This document shows positions 10,360-19,697 of a stretch of 35,275 nucleotides of DNA, in pieces. The position numbers and the translations under genes are program-made. The notes under the pieces are model-generated. The model was given only the letters and a program-made list of their open reading frames with translations, was not told the DNA's origin and ran no database searches. The stretch covers positions 1-35,275 of the IMG/VR virus record IMGVR_UViG_3300013093_002697; one strand, given 5' to 3'. This stretch comes from a virus. Its lineage: Duplodnaviria; Caudoviricetes. Each line of letters opens with the position of its first letter. The stretch's first letter is position 1.

Positions 10360-12408
10360 TCAATTCAATACTATACCACAAGTGGCTCTTAGGTTATCTA
10401 ATCTGAAAAATGAGGGCGGAACCTTAATTACTCTATATGGAGCACCACCATAAAGTTGTGCAAAAACTAAAGTTTTTGGACCATCTGGTGCTCCTTTATA
10501 TTCAGATATAGATGATGTTGTAGAAGCAGGATTCAGTATATTTAAATTATTCCAATATATCTGATGGGTATATGATCCATCCGTTTCTGCAATAATCTTA
10601 TAAGAACCTTTCTGTCCTGTGAATGTTGATCCAGTGTATATGGAAGAACGATGGAAAGCATTTCCATTTACTGGATCAATTTCATAAAGAACTCCACGAG
10701 CTTGTGGTCCATGATTTGGAAAATTTACTATATTACCAGCAGCAACATAACCAGTTTCATTATCATGAGCAGTTATCAATACATTACCAGCAGTCAATGG
10801 AGGTACACTGACACACCATTTTGCATCATGTTGACCACATGTTCCATATTGTTGATAACCTGCTATTGTAGGCTCATTGAATATGTTTAAAATTTTAGCT
10901 CCTGATGTTGTTGCAGGAATCATAACAGCAGTTAATGGTCCACCCGGTTTTATTGCTGGCATAGATGCTATTTTATATCCAGACACAGGAGCCTGTCCTT
11001 GCATTACCCATTTGATATTTTTTGTTGCATAATCTACACAAATTATAGCAGATGGATGTCTAAAGCTCATCAAATAATCTCCAGTTATAGGATGAACATC
11101 ATATGAATTTTGGTGGTAATATTCTGGATCAATATTTGAAAAATAATTAGCACCACTAAATTCCCAAACTACTGTTCTGTTTGCACTTTGTTCCTGAACA
11201 TATATACCTGTCTCATTTGAACAGTATAACATATTACCCACTCTACTTGGTGGTGCTGCAATTTCTACAGCTTCGTGTCCATCTATACCAAGACCACTAA
11301 ATCCATAAAAATCAGAAAGCATATTATACTTTGCTGCTGATATAGCAGTTCCGTTTAATTGCATACAATAATGATTAGTTCCATTTGTTACTAAACGATT
11401 AGCATAACGTCCGGGTTCTAAACTCTGTACAGATGGTTGATATGTTGTATACCAAACTGGTACGCCATATTTGTTATAAACTGCATAGAATGTTCCATTT
11501 GTAGTGAGATAATATCCATCTACATAACCACTTGCTGGTCCATATATAGTTGTTGGAAGTGGTATTGCTGTAGAGAACCAAACAGTCTTTGGTAAAAAAC
11601 GAACATAATAAGCAGTTGTTCCATCAAAAATCTGCAATGCTTGGTTGGAACTAATTGCTCCTGTTAATGTATTGCCATTGATTACTGCTGTGTATGGAAT
11701 ACTCGAAACACCCTCATTTACAGTTGTTTGTATACAATAATCCTGATATCCAGCACTAAATGATGGATATAATGTGTTTGTTCCAACACTGACTGCTAAT
11801 GTACTAATAGGTTGGAAAAAGTTAACTGGTATTAATGTAGGTGAACTCGGATATGCTGGATATATACAACTTCCATCATCATATATTGCATATGGATTAT
11901 AGTTTAAACATGTATTATCAGTACATCCTGATGGTGAAGGGATAATAAATGGATATGTGAGTCCAAAACCTCTATTATACAATTCGCCAACTTCGGAATT
12001 TATAAGTGCTCTATTCCAAATACCAATTTCGTCCAAAGTACCAATGAATGATTTATCATTTACAGTATCTCCATTCCATGCAATTGCTAAAGGACCACTG
12101 AAATCATATGATGTATTAAATGATGTTCCTTGATTTACACCATTGATCCAAGAATTTACAGCACCAGATTGTCTAGAAATTACAATATGATTCCATTGGT
12201 TTGTTTGGAATGAATAATTTGCTAGATTTTGTATAAAAACTGTAGGAGATCCTAAAACTAAAGAATTGCCATTTCCAGAAAGACCAATCGAAATGCCACT
12301 AAGTCCTTGGTTAGGATTTGTTATAAATTCACTAATATTGGTTAAAAATGCACTAGCATTAAACCACAAAGAAAAACTAAAATCTCCAGATAAAGGTACT
12401 ATATTCAT
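10360..12408 (-). CDS. LamG C-terminal half + GCTD/DDGSC motif + cadherin-like domain + arylsulfotransferase-like domain; putative virion protein
   Basis: Likely start is ATG 12408 (TAA-t-ATG coupling); the frame is open to 12447. DFSFSLWF..WNHIVISR..GTLDEIGIWNRAL (LamG), GCTDNTCLNYNPYAIYDDGSC, LYPSFSAGYQDY, and ASST motifs DGHE, YYHQNS, MSFRH, GQHDAK. Confidence 0.8.
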   Translation of the reverse strand: MNIVPLSGDFSFSLWFNASAFLTNISEFITNPNQGLSGISIGLSGNGNSLVLGSPTVFIQNLANYSFQTNQWNHIVISRQSGAVNSWINGVNQGTSFNTSYDFSGPLAIAWNGDTVNDKSFIGTLDEIGIWNRALINSEVGELYNRGFGLTYPFIIPSPSGCTDNTCLNYNPYAIYDDGSCIYPAYPSSPTLIPVNFFQPISTLAVSVGTNTLYPSFSAGYQDYCIQTTVNEGVSSIPYTAVINGNTLTGAISSNQALQIFDGTTAYYVRFLPKTVWFSTAIPLPTTIYGPASGYVDGYYLTTNGTFYAVYNKYGVPVWYTTYQPSVQSLEPGRYANRLVTNGTNHYCMQLNGTAISAAKYNMLSDFYGFSGLGIDGHEAVEIAAPPSRVGNMLYCSNETGIYVQEQSANRTVVWEFSGANYFSNIDPEYYHQNSYDVHPITGDYLMSFRHPSAIICVDYATKNIKWVMQGQAPVSGYKIASMPAIKPGGPLTAVMIPATTSGAKILNIFNEPTIAGYQQYGTCGQHDAKWCVSVPPLTAGNVLITAHDNETGYVAAGNIVNFPNHGPQARGVLYEIDPVNGNAFHRSSIYTGSTFTGQKGSYKIIAETDGSYTHQIYWNNLNILNPASTTSSISEYKGAPDGPKTLVFAQLYGGAPYRVIKVPPSFFRLDNLRATCGIVLN

Positions 12409-12409
12409 A

Positions 12410-13987
12410 TTATGTTTGTAACCAGTTATGGTTAAATACTGCTCCATTATTTATCACACCGATTCCAGAAATCACGCTATTAGTGGTATCAAAAAGATTT
12501 ATTGCTGTTACAGAATTGAATCTAGTACCATTTGCCTCATTTAATTTCCAATAATCCATTGTTCCTGTTAATAGATTTGGTGTTGATCCTGTCATTATCA
12601 GATAGTTGTGATTAAACAATGCACCAGCTTTTATTTTTCCAGATGAAGACAATACATTATTGTTGGTGTCTAACAGATTGTTTCCATTCTGTGTGGCATC
12701 AAATCTAGTACCGTTTGCTTCATCCAATTTCCAATATCCAACCACACCATTAAACAAGTTTGGAACAACTGGTGTAGGTGTTGGGGTAGGAGTAGGTGTA
12801 GGGGTTGGTGTAGGAGTTGGAGTTGGAGTTGAGGTCGGGGTAGGAGTAGGTGTAGGAGTAGGTGTAGGAGTAGGTGTAGGTGTCGGTGTTGGAGTAGGTG
12901 TAGGAGTCGGGGTAGGAGTCGGGGTAGGAGTTGGTGTAGGTGTAGGAGTCGGGGTAGGAGTTGGTGTAGGAGTAGGTGTTGGGGTAGGTGTAGGTGTTGG
13001 AGTAGGTGTGGGTGTAGGGGTTGGGGTAGGTGTTGGGGTTGGTGTGGGTGTAGGTGTAGGGGTCGGGGTCGGAGTTGGTGTTGGGGTCGGAGTTGGTGTT
13101 GGGGTCGGTGTCGGAGTAGGAGTTGGAGTTGGTGTAGGAGTAGGTGTAGGTGTAGGGGTTGGTGTAGGGGTTGGTGTTGGGGTCGGAGTTGGTGTAGGAG
13201 TTGGAGTAGGTGTCGGTGTAGGAGTAGGTGTAGGTGTAGGGGTTGGTGTAGGGGTTGGTGTAGGAGTTGGAGTAGGTGTCGGTGTAGGAGTAGGTGTAGG
13301 TGTAGGGGTTGGTGTGGGTGTAGGTGTAGGGGTCGGGGTCGGAGTTGGTGTTGGGGTCGGAGTTGGTGTTGGGGTCGGAGTTGGTGTTGGGGTCGGTGTC
13401 GGAGTAGGAGTTGGAGTTGGTGTAGGAGTAGGGGTAGGTGTTGGGGTCGGTGTTGGGGTCGGTGTTGGGGTAGGGATAGGTGGAACTGGTAATTCTGTAG
13501 GAGTTACTATATTAATTCCATTTATACATGGTTTTTGTGATTGAATAAAACCACTCCAAGAAGAAATAGAATAAGAAAAACTATCTCTAGAGAGAAGACC
13601 ATATCCTGCTTCATTTTCTACTATAACATCCAAATAAAGACTATATGGCTGATTAATATCATCAAACACATAATCAAAAAATTCATTTGGTATATCAAAT
13701 GATATTTGTGTGTTTCCTGTAACAGTAAAATTTGGAACCACTGTAGCAGTAAATCCCGGATTGTCTTGTTCTAAATTTGTATTAGCAAAAGGATCATAAT
13801 ATGAATAATCTAATCCATTATATGAATTTACATCTGAAGCAGATAGATATACATTTCTTAAAGATAAAAAACTTTTACCATATATGGTTAATGTATAATT
13901 TCTTAAAGCAGTACCATCGAATGCTGTAAACTGATAAGGTTTAGCATTTGTTGCACTTGGTTTTGCAAATATAGTTAAAAGTTCCAT
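12410..13987 (-). CDS. Ig/IPT-like N-domain + (Pro-Thr)~117 linker + two LamG N-terminal fragments; putative virion protein
   Basis: LTIYGKSF...[12 protein letters not shown] (Ig/IPT-like), a 235-residue PT tract, then two copies of YWKLxEANGTRF...GAxFNHNxL. Confidence 0.75.
   Translation of the reverse strand: MELLTIFAKPSATNAKPYQFTAFDGTALRNYTLTIYGKSFLSLRNVYLSASDVNSYNGLDYSYYDPFANTNLEQDNPGFTATVVPNFTVTGNTQISFDIPNEFFDYVFDDINQPYSLYLDVIVENEAGYGLLSRDSFSYSISSWSGFIQSQKPCINGINIVTPTELPVPPIPTPTPTPTPTPTPTPTPTPTPTPTPTPTPTPTPTPTPTPTPTPTPTPTPTPTPTPTPTPTPTPTPTPTPTPTPTPTPTPTPTPTPTPTPTPTPTPTPTPTPTPTPTPTPTPTPTPTPTPTPTPTPTPTPTPTPTPTPTPTPTPTPTPTPTPTPTPTPTPTPTPTPTPTPTPTPTPTPTPTPTPTPTPTPTPTPTPTPTPTPTPTPTPTPTPTPTSTPTPTPTPTPTPTPTPTPTPVVPNLFNGVVGYWKLDEANGTRFDATQNGNNLLDTNNNVLSSSGKIKAGALFNHNYLIMTGSTPNLLTGTMDYWKLNEANGTRFNSVTAINLFDTTNSVISGIGVINNGAVFNHNWLQT
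12770..13474. repeat. 705-bp 6-mer (GGNGTN) coding repeat giving about 117 Pro-Thr units with one Ser interruption
   Basis: Directly visible. Synonymous variation with higher-order duplications (13035-13108 = 13305-13378; a second block repeated at 13191 and 13257). Confidence 0.97.
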
Positions 13988-13990
13988 ATA

Positions 13991-14686
13991 TTATAATTCT
14001 ATAAGAAGACTTGCATCTCTAGCAGGATTATCAGAAGCAAAAAAGCTTTCATCTATCTTATAGATCTTACCATAAGCATCTGTATTAGATTTAAACAACC
14101 ATCCCTTTATGGTAAAAGTTGTATCTGCCGTTAATCTATAAGGTTGATTGCCAGCTAATTCGTTGGGATATGTAAGAGCTATCTGACCACTCCAAAGAAC
14201 TTCATTTCTCAATTCAAATCCCTTATTGAATGGAAGCTTCCAAGAAATTATTATATAAGGATCACAATAAGGAACGAAATTTGATATTATCTGATCCATA
14301 TCAGATTGGAATTTAGTTATTATTGACATGTTAACTCCAATGTTAACAGGTACAGGTTGTAAAATTCTTTTTATGTATTCTGGATTATTAGGATCATCAT
14401 TGGGAACAGTAAATCCCTCTAATTTGTTAGAGACTCTTTGTGGATCTCTACTGATACTAGTAATAGTAACAGCAACTGCTGGAACAGTTATACCTCCGGG
14501 GGCTGGATTAGTTAAAGCATCATATACTCTTTGTTTTGGAGAATAGACAAAATGAATCTTATTACCACTTGTAGGTGGAGTTAATGTTTTAGTGTTATCG
14601 TATCTTTTGACAACAATATCATTAAATGCTGCTACAAATTGTTCAAGAAGGGTCTGTACTTCAAAATTAAAGGTATAATTCTTCAC
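13991..14686 (-). CDS. gp15: T4-like tail sheath stabiliser/tail completion protein
   Basis: FVAAFNDIVVKR, YSPKQR, PVPVNI, DMDQIISNFVPY and FTIKGWLF match the gp15 pattern; GTG start. Confidence 0.85.
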   Translation of the reverse strand: MKNYTFNFEVQTLLEQFVAAFNDIVVKRYDNTKTLTPPTSGNKIHFVYSPKQRVYDALTNPAPGGITVPAVAVTITSISRDPQRVSNKLEGFTVPNDDPNNPEYIKRILQPVPVNIGVNMSIITKFQSDMDQIISNFVPYCDPYIIISWKLPFNKGFELRNEVLWSGQIALTYPNELAGNQPYRLTADTTFTIKGWLFKSNTDAYGKIYKIDESFFASDNPARDASLLIEL

Positions 14687-14700
14687 CTTTAATATTTACT

Positions 14701-16371
14701 TCATATAAAGCGTTCTATAAAATGTTTAGGTAGTTTATTGTGGTTATCAACTATATTCTTGAATATAACACCATCCAAAACATAGGTAGTTGAATGATCT
14801 TCAACCGATCTTGTGCATCTTCCACACATTTGAACAAATGTATCTAACATCTTCATTATGTAGTACTTTGGGTTCTTATCAAAGATTTTCTTGATTCTCT
14901 TTGACCCAAGAGGGAGGAATGGTGCTTTTATGATAATCTGAAACCTACCAAGATCACCATCCAAACTGATACCTGTATCAAGAGAAGGACTAATCAAAAT
15001 AGTATCGTCTTTTCTATTCTTATGTTCTTCTAGAATATCCTCATTGGTAACACCCAATTGTCTAAAAAGAAATCTGTCATCATTACCAATCTTTCTTTTA
15101 AGAGCTTCTGTAATCTTGTTTGTATGAGTATGAATTATACCCTTTTCACCTTTATGTGAATTACAAATCTGTACAACCATATCTAAAACTTTAGGAAGAT
15201 CCCTATCCATAGTCTTATGTGAAAGACTAATAGCTTTTGAATATTTTATTGGAGATTTCTTTGGATCAAAGCTAGAACCTATTTCAACATATTCATATTG
15301 TGGTTTAGAAATACCAAGACTTTTTGTAAACTCTTCATGGTCAGTTATAGTTGCTGACATCATTAATACCATATCAGCACCATCAAATATTTTTTTAGCT
15401 AATGGTTTAATATCATAAGGAACAAAAGTAACCTTTTCTGCATCTCTAACTTCCACTAAATATTCACACTCATCCCAATAAGAAATAACATCAGACAAAG
15501 AATTAACCAACCCAGTGAGTTTTCCTAATCTTTGCATTTCCTTAGTCTTTATTACCTCATGGGTTTCTTTCTTTGCTATAGCGGATAATCTATCCTTGGT
15601 GCTTTCAAGTTCCTTATTAAGCTTCAAATAAACATCATTCAACCAACGACCAGCTTGAACAGAATCATCAGTAAGAAGCTTCTTAAAATCAATGTTCTCT
15701 GATTGAAGCTGTGAATATTGAATGGTAATAGAGTAATGAGCTACAAGCTCATTCTCAAGATCTCCTGCTTCATCACAAATATAAATCTCTCGCTTTCTCA
15801 AGAAAGAAGGAAGAGCAATAAAAGAACGATAATTCAAAATAGATTCTAAAGAAACAATAGCTTCATTTCTTGCCTTATAATAAGGACACCTATTTGCTGC
15901 AAAGCATTTTTCCTTTATCTTATTTGTATGAAGACAAGGAGCAAAATCCACACTGACATTAGGATCTATATCACAAGCATAATTGCTTTTACCTTTTGCC
16001 AGCACAATATCAGGAAATAGTTCCTTATACTGATCTTGAAGAGATTTACTAACTGTTAGTATATAACTACCAAAAGATTCAGCTTCAAGAAAGTCATCTT
16101 CATATTGATAATTTCCTTCACGATCTTTCTTATATATAGAATAAGAATCAACTAATGACTTTCTATGAGAATCAATCGGAGTTGCAGAACGAGCAACAGC
16201 AGCAGCTATATGAGATTTACCCGAACCTGTAGGAAGACAGGCAAGAGCAAACTTTTTACCGCTTGAGAAAATTTGTGCAATCTTTTCGAGGGCTATTTTT
16301 TGTTGTGGTCTGGCTTCCGAATCAGGAGGGAAAGTATTTAGATAATCAACCAATGGTAAGATTTTCGACAT
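14701..16371 (-). CDS. dinG: DinG/XPD-family (SF2) Fe-S helicase
   Basis: Q-motif RPQQ, Walker A PTGSGKS, KSLQDQY, KGKSNYAC plus three further Cys (PC..C..CPYY), DEAG, MSAT, GISLDGD, QMCGRCTRSVED. Confidence 0.9.
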   Translation of the reverse strand: MSKILPLVDYLNTFPPDSEARPQQKIALEKIAQIFSSGKKFALACLPTGSGKSHIAAAVARSATPIDSHRKSLVDSYSIYKKDREGNYQYEDDFLEAESFGSYILTVSKSLQDQYKELFPDIVLAKGKSNYACDIDPNVSVDFAPCLHTNKIKEKCFAANRCPYYKARNEAIVSLESILNYRSFIALPSFLRKREIYICDEAGDLENELVAHYSITIQYSQLQSENIDFKKLLTDDSVQAGRWLNDVYLKLNKELESTKDRLSAIAKKETHEVIKTKEMQRLGKLTGLVNSLSDVISYWDECEYLVEVRDAEKVTFVPYDIKPLAKKIFDGADMVLMMSATITDHEEFTKSLGISKPQYEYVEIGSSFDPKKSPIKYSKAISLSHKTMDRDLPKVLDMVVQICNSHKGEKGIIHTHTNKITEALKRKIGNDDRFLFRQLGVTNEDILEEHKNRKDDTILISPSLDTGISLDGDLGRFQIIIKAPFLPLGSKRIKKIFDKNPKYYIMKMLDTFVQMCGRCTRSVEDHSTTYVLDGVIFKNIVDNHNKLPKHFIERFI

Positions 16372-16606
16372 GCTTAATCATATCATGGTCGATGACCTTA
16401 CGCAAGCAATTACAGATACTATATCCATAAGTCTGTGTATCTCTTCCCAAGTGACCTCTACCGAAACATTTACTACACTTTGAGTTTGGTTTTTTTACCA
16501 AAGGTAATTGACCAACATCTAAAAGCTTGAAATCATCTTTAAGAACTTCATAAAAAGTTCCAGAAAATACACTAAAGATCAGTATTTTTTTGTTTGAGTT
16601 TTGCAT
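16346..16606 (-). CDS. Small Zn-finger protein (CxxCxGxG ... CxC)
   Basis: CSKCFGRG and ICNC; overlaps both neighbours in an operon-like run. Confidence 0.6.
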   Translation of the reverse strand: MQNSNKKILIFSVFSGTFYEVLKDDFKLLDVGQLPLVKKPNSKCSKCFGRGHLGRDTQTYGYSICNCLRKVIDHDMIKHVENLTIG

Positions 16607-16949
16607 CGATTGTTAATATTGTGTTCCAAAATTTATTTGAATTCTTTTTAGAAGAATATACTTTTAGATAATTTTCCACTTCTGGAGCATGTTTTGAAAG
16701 TGTTTTTAACCTATAATCAAAATACACTAAATCATCTTCTTCATGGATTTCTATACCATAAGGTATTGGTATTTCTATTTTTTCTTTATTCTTTTTATCA
16801 GTATCCATGATAAAAGTCAAATAAAAATTCTTTTGGTAAAAAAGCAAGAGTTTTCCTTCTTTAAAAGTCTTGTTTGCTATTTCCATAGTAACAGTTCTTT
16901 GTAAGAGAAATTTACAGGCTTCTTCTAATGGAGTTTTTGTAATATTCAT
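16572..16949 (-). CDS. Hypothetical protein
   Basis: 125-aa ORF with ATGA overlap to the upstream gene. Confidence 0.7.
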   Translation of the reverse strand: MNITKTPLEEACKFLLQRTVTMEIANKTFKEGKLLLFYQKNFYLTFIMDTDKKNKEKIEIPIPYGIEIHEEDDLVYFDYRLKTLSKHAPEVENYLKVYSSKKNSNKFWNTILTIDAKLKQKNTDL

Positions 16950-17329
16950 GAGTTCATGAAGTTTGCCTTATCGGTATCGGTCATGTGTCTAATGGTAGAA
17001 TTGAAATATTTCCAAAAATCTTCCAAAGGTCTAGTTGGTGTGACTGTTACGACAGTTGCAGAATCTGCTGGAATATTTCTCCAATCTTGAAAAAGAATAT
17101 CCCAAACCGTAACTAAACCCTTTTGTGCTGCATTATATGCAGGAGATTGTGTAGGTGGTTTGAATCTTAAAACCTCATAACCTTCCTTAGAATTCAGAAG
17201 ATCTGAATCCAGAGTAGCATACATTCTTCGAATTGTTCCTTTACCCACATTTTGTAATCTGCGAGTAAATTTAACTTCTATAACGTTTTGCTGACAAAGA
17301 TTATAAAGTCCACCTACGCTTAATTTCAC
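16946..17329 (-). CDS. SH3-fold WYL_2/DUF2693-like phage protein
   Basis: EVKFTRR...RRMYATL...VTVWDI..QDWRNI resembles the FxK..RxMxxTL..VxDxxxxxWRS family pattern. Confidence 0.6.
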   Translation of the reverse strand: MKLSVGGLYNLCQQNVIEVKFTRRLQNVGKGTIRRMYATLDSDLLNSKEGYEVLRFKPPTQSPAYNAAQKGLVTVWDILFQDWRNIPADSATVVTVTPTRPLEDFWKYFNSTIRHMTDTDKANFMNS

Positions 17330-17742
17330 TTAATACCTTTTGACTTCTTTTTAGGAACTTCTGCTGCCTTAATTTTACAGACACCAAAGATTCTTTGTTC
17401 ATTCAAGAATACGATATGTTTTAAGCCATTAAGGTTTGATACTTGTATTCCACGATCATTTGGGAATACAATGTGATCTCCTTCTTTTACAGTTTTGCAA
17501 TTTGGTCCAGCAAGTAAAACTCTACCTACTCTCCAAACATGGTTCACTGCATTGATAGGAACCCACATACTACCTCTCTTAACCATATCACCATCTTCAT
17601 TAATATCTGAATATTGAACCATAAGGATGTCATCTAGAACATTTGTAAGTTCCCATCCATCAAGTTCAAAATGACTTCCTTTATAGTTATCGATTTGTAC
17701 TAATCCACCAACTATATCTTCTTGTTCGGGTCTTTGTAACAT
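17326..17742 (-). CDS. groES: GroES/Cpn10-like co-chaperonin (functional analogue of T4 gp31)
   Basis: LDDILMV, mobile-loop-like KRGSMWVP, GRVLLAGPNCKTVKEGDHIVF, FLNEQRIFG. Confidence 0.8.
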   Translation of the reverse strand: MLQRPEQEDIVGGLVQIDNYKGSHFELDGWELTNVLDDILMVQYSDINEDGDMVKRGSMWVPINAVNHVWRVGRVLLAGPNCKTVKEGDHIVFPNDRGIQVSNLNGLKHIVFLNEQRIFGVCKIKAAEVPKKKSKGIK

Positions 17743-17747
17743 ATATT

Positions 17748-18140
17748 TTATTTAACTTTTATGTTTAATTCTGCAAGTGTTTTTTCGTAAAATTCTATTT
17801 CTCTCTTTGAAAGTTCAGAAGATTGTGCAAAAAAAGAATAATCCGTACTTTCTTTTTCGTTTACAGGTTTCTTTATATATGTCACTCTCTTCATGAATTT
17901 AGGCAAAATAGTCCTCATAAACTTTGCAACGGACAAACTATCTTTTGCAATACCATCGACCATAATCCAACGATTTGTTGTAGCATTTACTATCTCTGCT
18001 ATCGTTGGATCTGACATCGATAACCAACGATTTACAATAAAAGGATATGGTAAATTCTCATGATCCAAATCCTTTCGATTCTTTTTAAGAATCCAATCTA
18101 GATATGAAAATAAATCACTGGTATAATTTTTCTTTACCAT
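17748..18140 (-). CDS. Clamp-loader small subunit-like protein (gp62-like)
   Basis: LFSYLDWI..YPFIVNRWLSM..IVN..KRVTYIKK resembles the PF[IM]xNRxLS signature of T4-like gp62. Confidence 0.6.
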   Translation of the reverse strand: MVKKNYTSDLFSYLDWILKKNRKDLDHENLPYPFIVNRWLSMSDPTIAEIVNATTNRWIMVDGIAKDSLSVAKFMRTILPKFMKRVTYIKKPVNEKESTDYSFFAQSSELSKREIEFYEKTLAELNIKVK

Positions 18141-18808
18141 TAGTTTAATAGAATCTTTGTATATTTCTCCTTAAATTTCTTTGCATTTTCTGCCCACTCA
18201 GGAGAGTTCATGCTATCACCAAGTCCAAAATGAACTACTCTGATTGGATAGACACCAATCTTAAGCTTGTTCTTATTTGCTTGCAAGCAGAAAGAAATAT
18301 CATAATGATGGAAATCAAAATCCTCATCAAAACGTGTTCCTGTTTCGAGTAGTCTATTAACATTTACAGCAATAAAAAGACCATCAACAACAAGTGCTCT
18401 TGCTGGAGTTTGTCCAAAAACTGTAGTCCAATTGATTCCATTCTTACTATGAGCAACTTCACCTACAAATGACTCTCTAGGAGCCATCAAATGCCATGCC
18501 ATTACTTGTGAATTTAAATCACACTTAGTAGCACCTGCAAGGCCAACAACATCAAACTTTTCAAAAGCAAGATCGAGCTTTTCAAAGATAAACAAATCTT
18601 CAATAATCACATCATCATGGACAAAAATTAACTTTTTATCCTTATTATCATCTGTGATAAATTTGTTATAAACTTTGGTCAAACCTTCTTTATTTTCATA
18701 AAGAACTTCATAATCACAATTTAACTTGTCTAATGTGATGGCTATAGCAGCTTTTTCTTGAAAATCTACTTTTGATAATGGGGTTGCGATAATAAACTTA
18801 TAATTCAT
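18140..18808 (-). CDS. GT-A fold glycosyltransferase (GT2-like, Glyco_tranf_2_5 type)
   Basis: IFVHDDV, VVGLAG, VVDGLFIA, FDEDFDFHHYDISFCLQA. Confidence 0.85.
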   Translation of the reverse strand: MNYKFIIATPLSKVDFQEKAAIAITLDKLNCDYEVLYENKEGLTKVYNKFITDDNKDKKLIFVHDDVIIEDLFIFEKLDLAFEKFDVVGLAGATKCDLNSQVMAWHLMAPRESFVGEVAHSKNGINWTTVFGQTPARALVVDGLFIAVNVNRLLETGTRFDEDFDFHHYDISFCLQANKNKLKIGVYPIRVVHFGLGDSMNSPEWAENAKKFKEKYTKILLN

Positions 18809-18830
18809 AATTGTATATTGTTAGAGTAAA

Positions 18831-18838
18831 TATAAATA
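18831..18838 (+). promoter_or_regulatory. T4 late promoter consensus TATAAATA
   Basis: Exact match 10 nt before ATG 18849, in a divergent intergenic gap; gp55 is encoded in the window. Confidence 0.65.
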
Positions 18839-18848
18839 TATTATACTC

Positions 18849-19697
18849 ATGGATACCACAAAAAGCAACCATACTTCTTTAAATGAAGCTAAAAAACATG
18901 GCGTAACTAAAGAATTAAAAGAATTGCTCAAACTTGCACAGACTCCAGAATACGGAAATTGCAAAATTGAGGAAAGAAGTGGTAAGATAATTGTGACTCC
19001 AGAGAATAAAGACATTCCTCGTAGAACTATCCATGCTGGAGAAAGAGCAGAGCATCCAATGCGTAGATGGTTAGAAGGTGTCAAAGAAACTTTACAATCA
19101 GGAAAAAAAACATCTGCAACAACAGCACCATCAAAAGTAAAACTTATGAAAAACTCAGTAGAAAACATCATTAACAACAATAACCTAACCGAAGCTGACA
19201 TTCCTTTTGCCCGTAGCTTCTATGCACACCTTTTAAAGGAAGCCGAAGGGGATGAAATTCCTACAGAAGAATTGCCAGAAGAACCAACAGAAAATGACGT
19301 TCCTATGTCTGGCGAGGAGCAAGTTTCTCCAAAAGATTTCACACCAGAAAGAACAAAGGGTGATTTTGATAATTCTTTAGAAAAGGAAACTAATAAAGAT
19401 GCTTTTGACGTTGAAGGTATTGATCCTAATGTTTCTACAGAAAGTATCAAGCAAATTAAAGAATGGTCAGGTAAACTTGATCAGTTTGCAGAATTCTTAA
19501 ACAATCCAAGTACAGAGTCTCTCCATAAAATTCTTGCTGATAATGATAAGCCCGGTAGTCTTCTCCGTGGTGTAACTCGTAAAGCTTCAGATTCAATCAC
19601 TCGTATTGCTGGTGAAATCGAAAAGCTGAAAGAAGTTCTTAACTCCTTCATTATCATGGCTCCTAAAAAGCTCCGTGATTCTGAACAACTTCAGTAA
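18849..19697 (+). CDS. Hypothetical protein with an acidic centre and helical C-terminus; candidate internal head protein
   Basis: 282-aa ORF, the only plus-strand gene in the left 24 kb; late promoter; LNE/LTE/LKE motifs; 7-nt convergent overlap with primase. Confidence 0.75.
   Translation: MDTTKSNHTSLNEAKKHGVTKELKELLKLAQTPEYGNCKIEERSGKIIVTPENKDIPRRTIHAGERAEHPMRRWLEGVKETLQSGKKTSATTAPSKVKLMKNSVENIINNNNLTEADIPFARSFYAHLLKEAEGDEIPTEELPEEPTENDVPMSGEEQVSPKDFTPERTKGDFDNSLEKETNKDAFDVEGIDPNVSTESIKQIKEWSGKLDQFAEFLNNPSTESLHKILADNDKPGSLLRGVTRKASDSITRIAGEIEKLKEVLNSFIIMAPKKLRDSEQLQ

Noticed and set aside
12660-13544. 294-aa plus-strand (Val-Gly)n ORF
   Set aside because: Antisense shadow of the Pro-Thr repeat; the minus-strand ORF has real flanking domains and fits the operon.
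14701-17329. DinG plus WYL-like gene as a type IV CRISPR or defence locus
   Set aside because: No cas-like genes or array in the window; the WYL_2-like protein is a common small phage SH3-fold protein.
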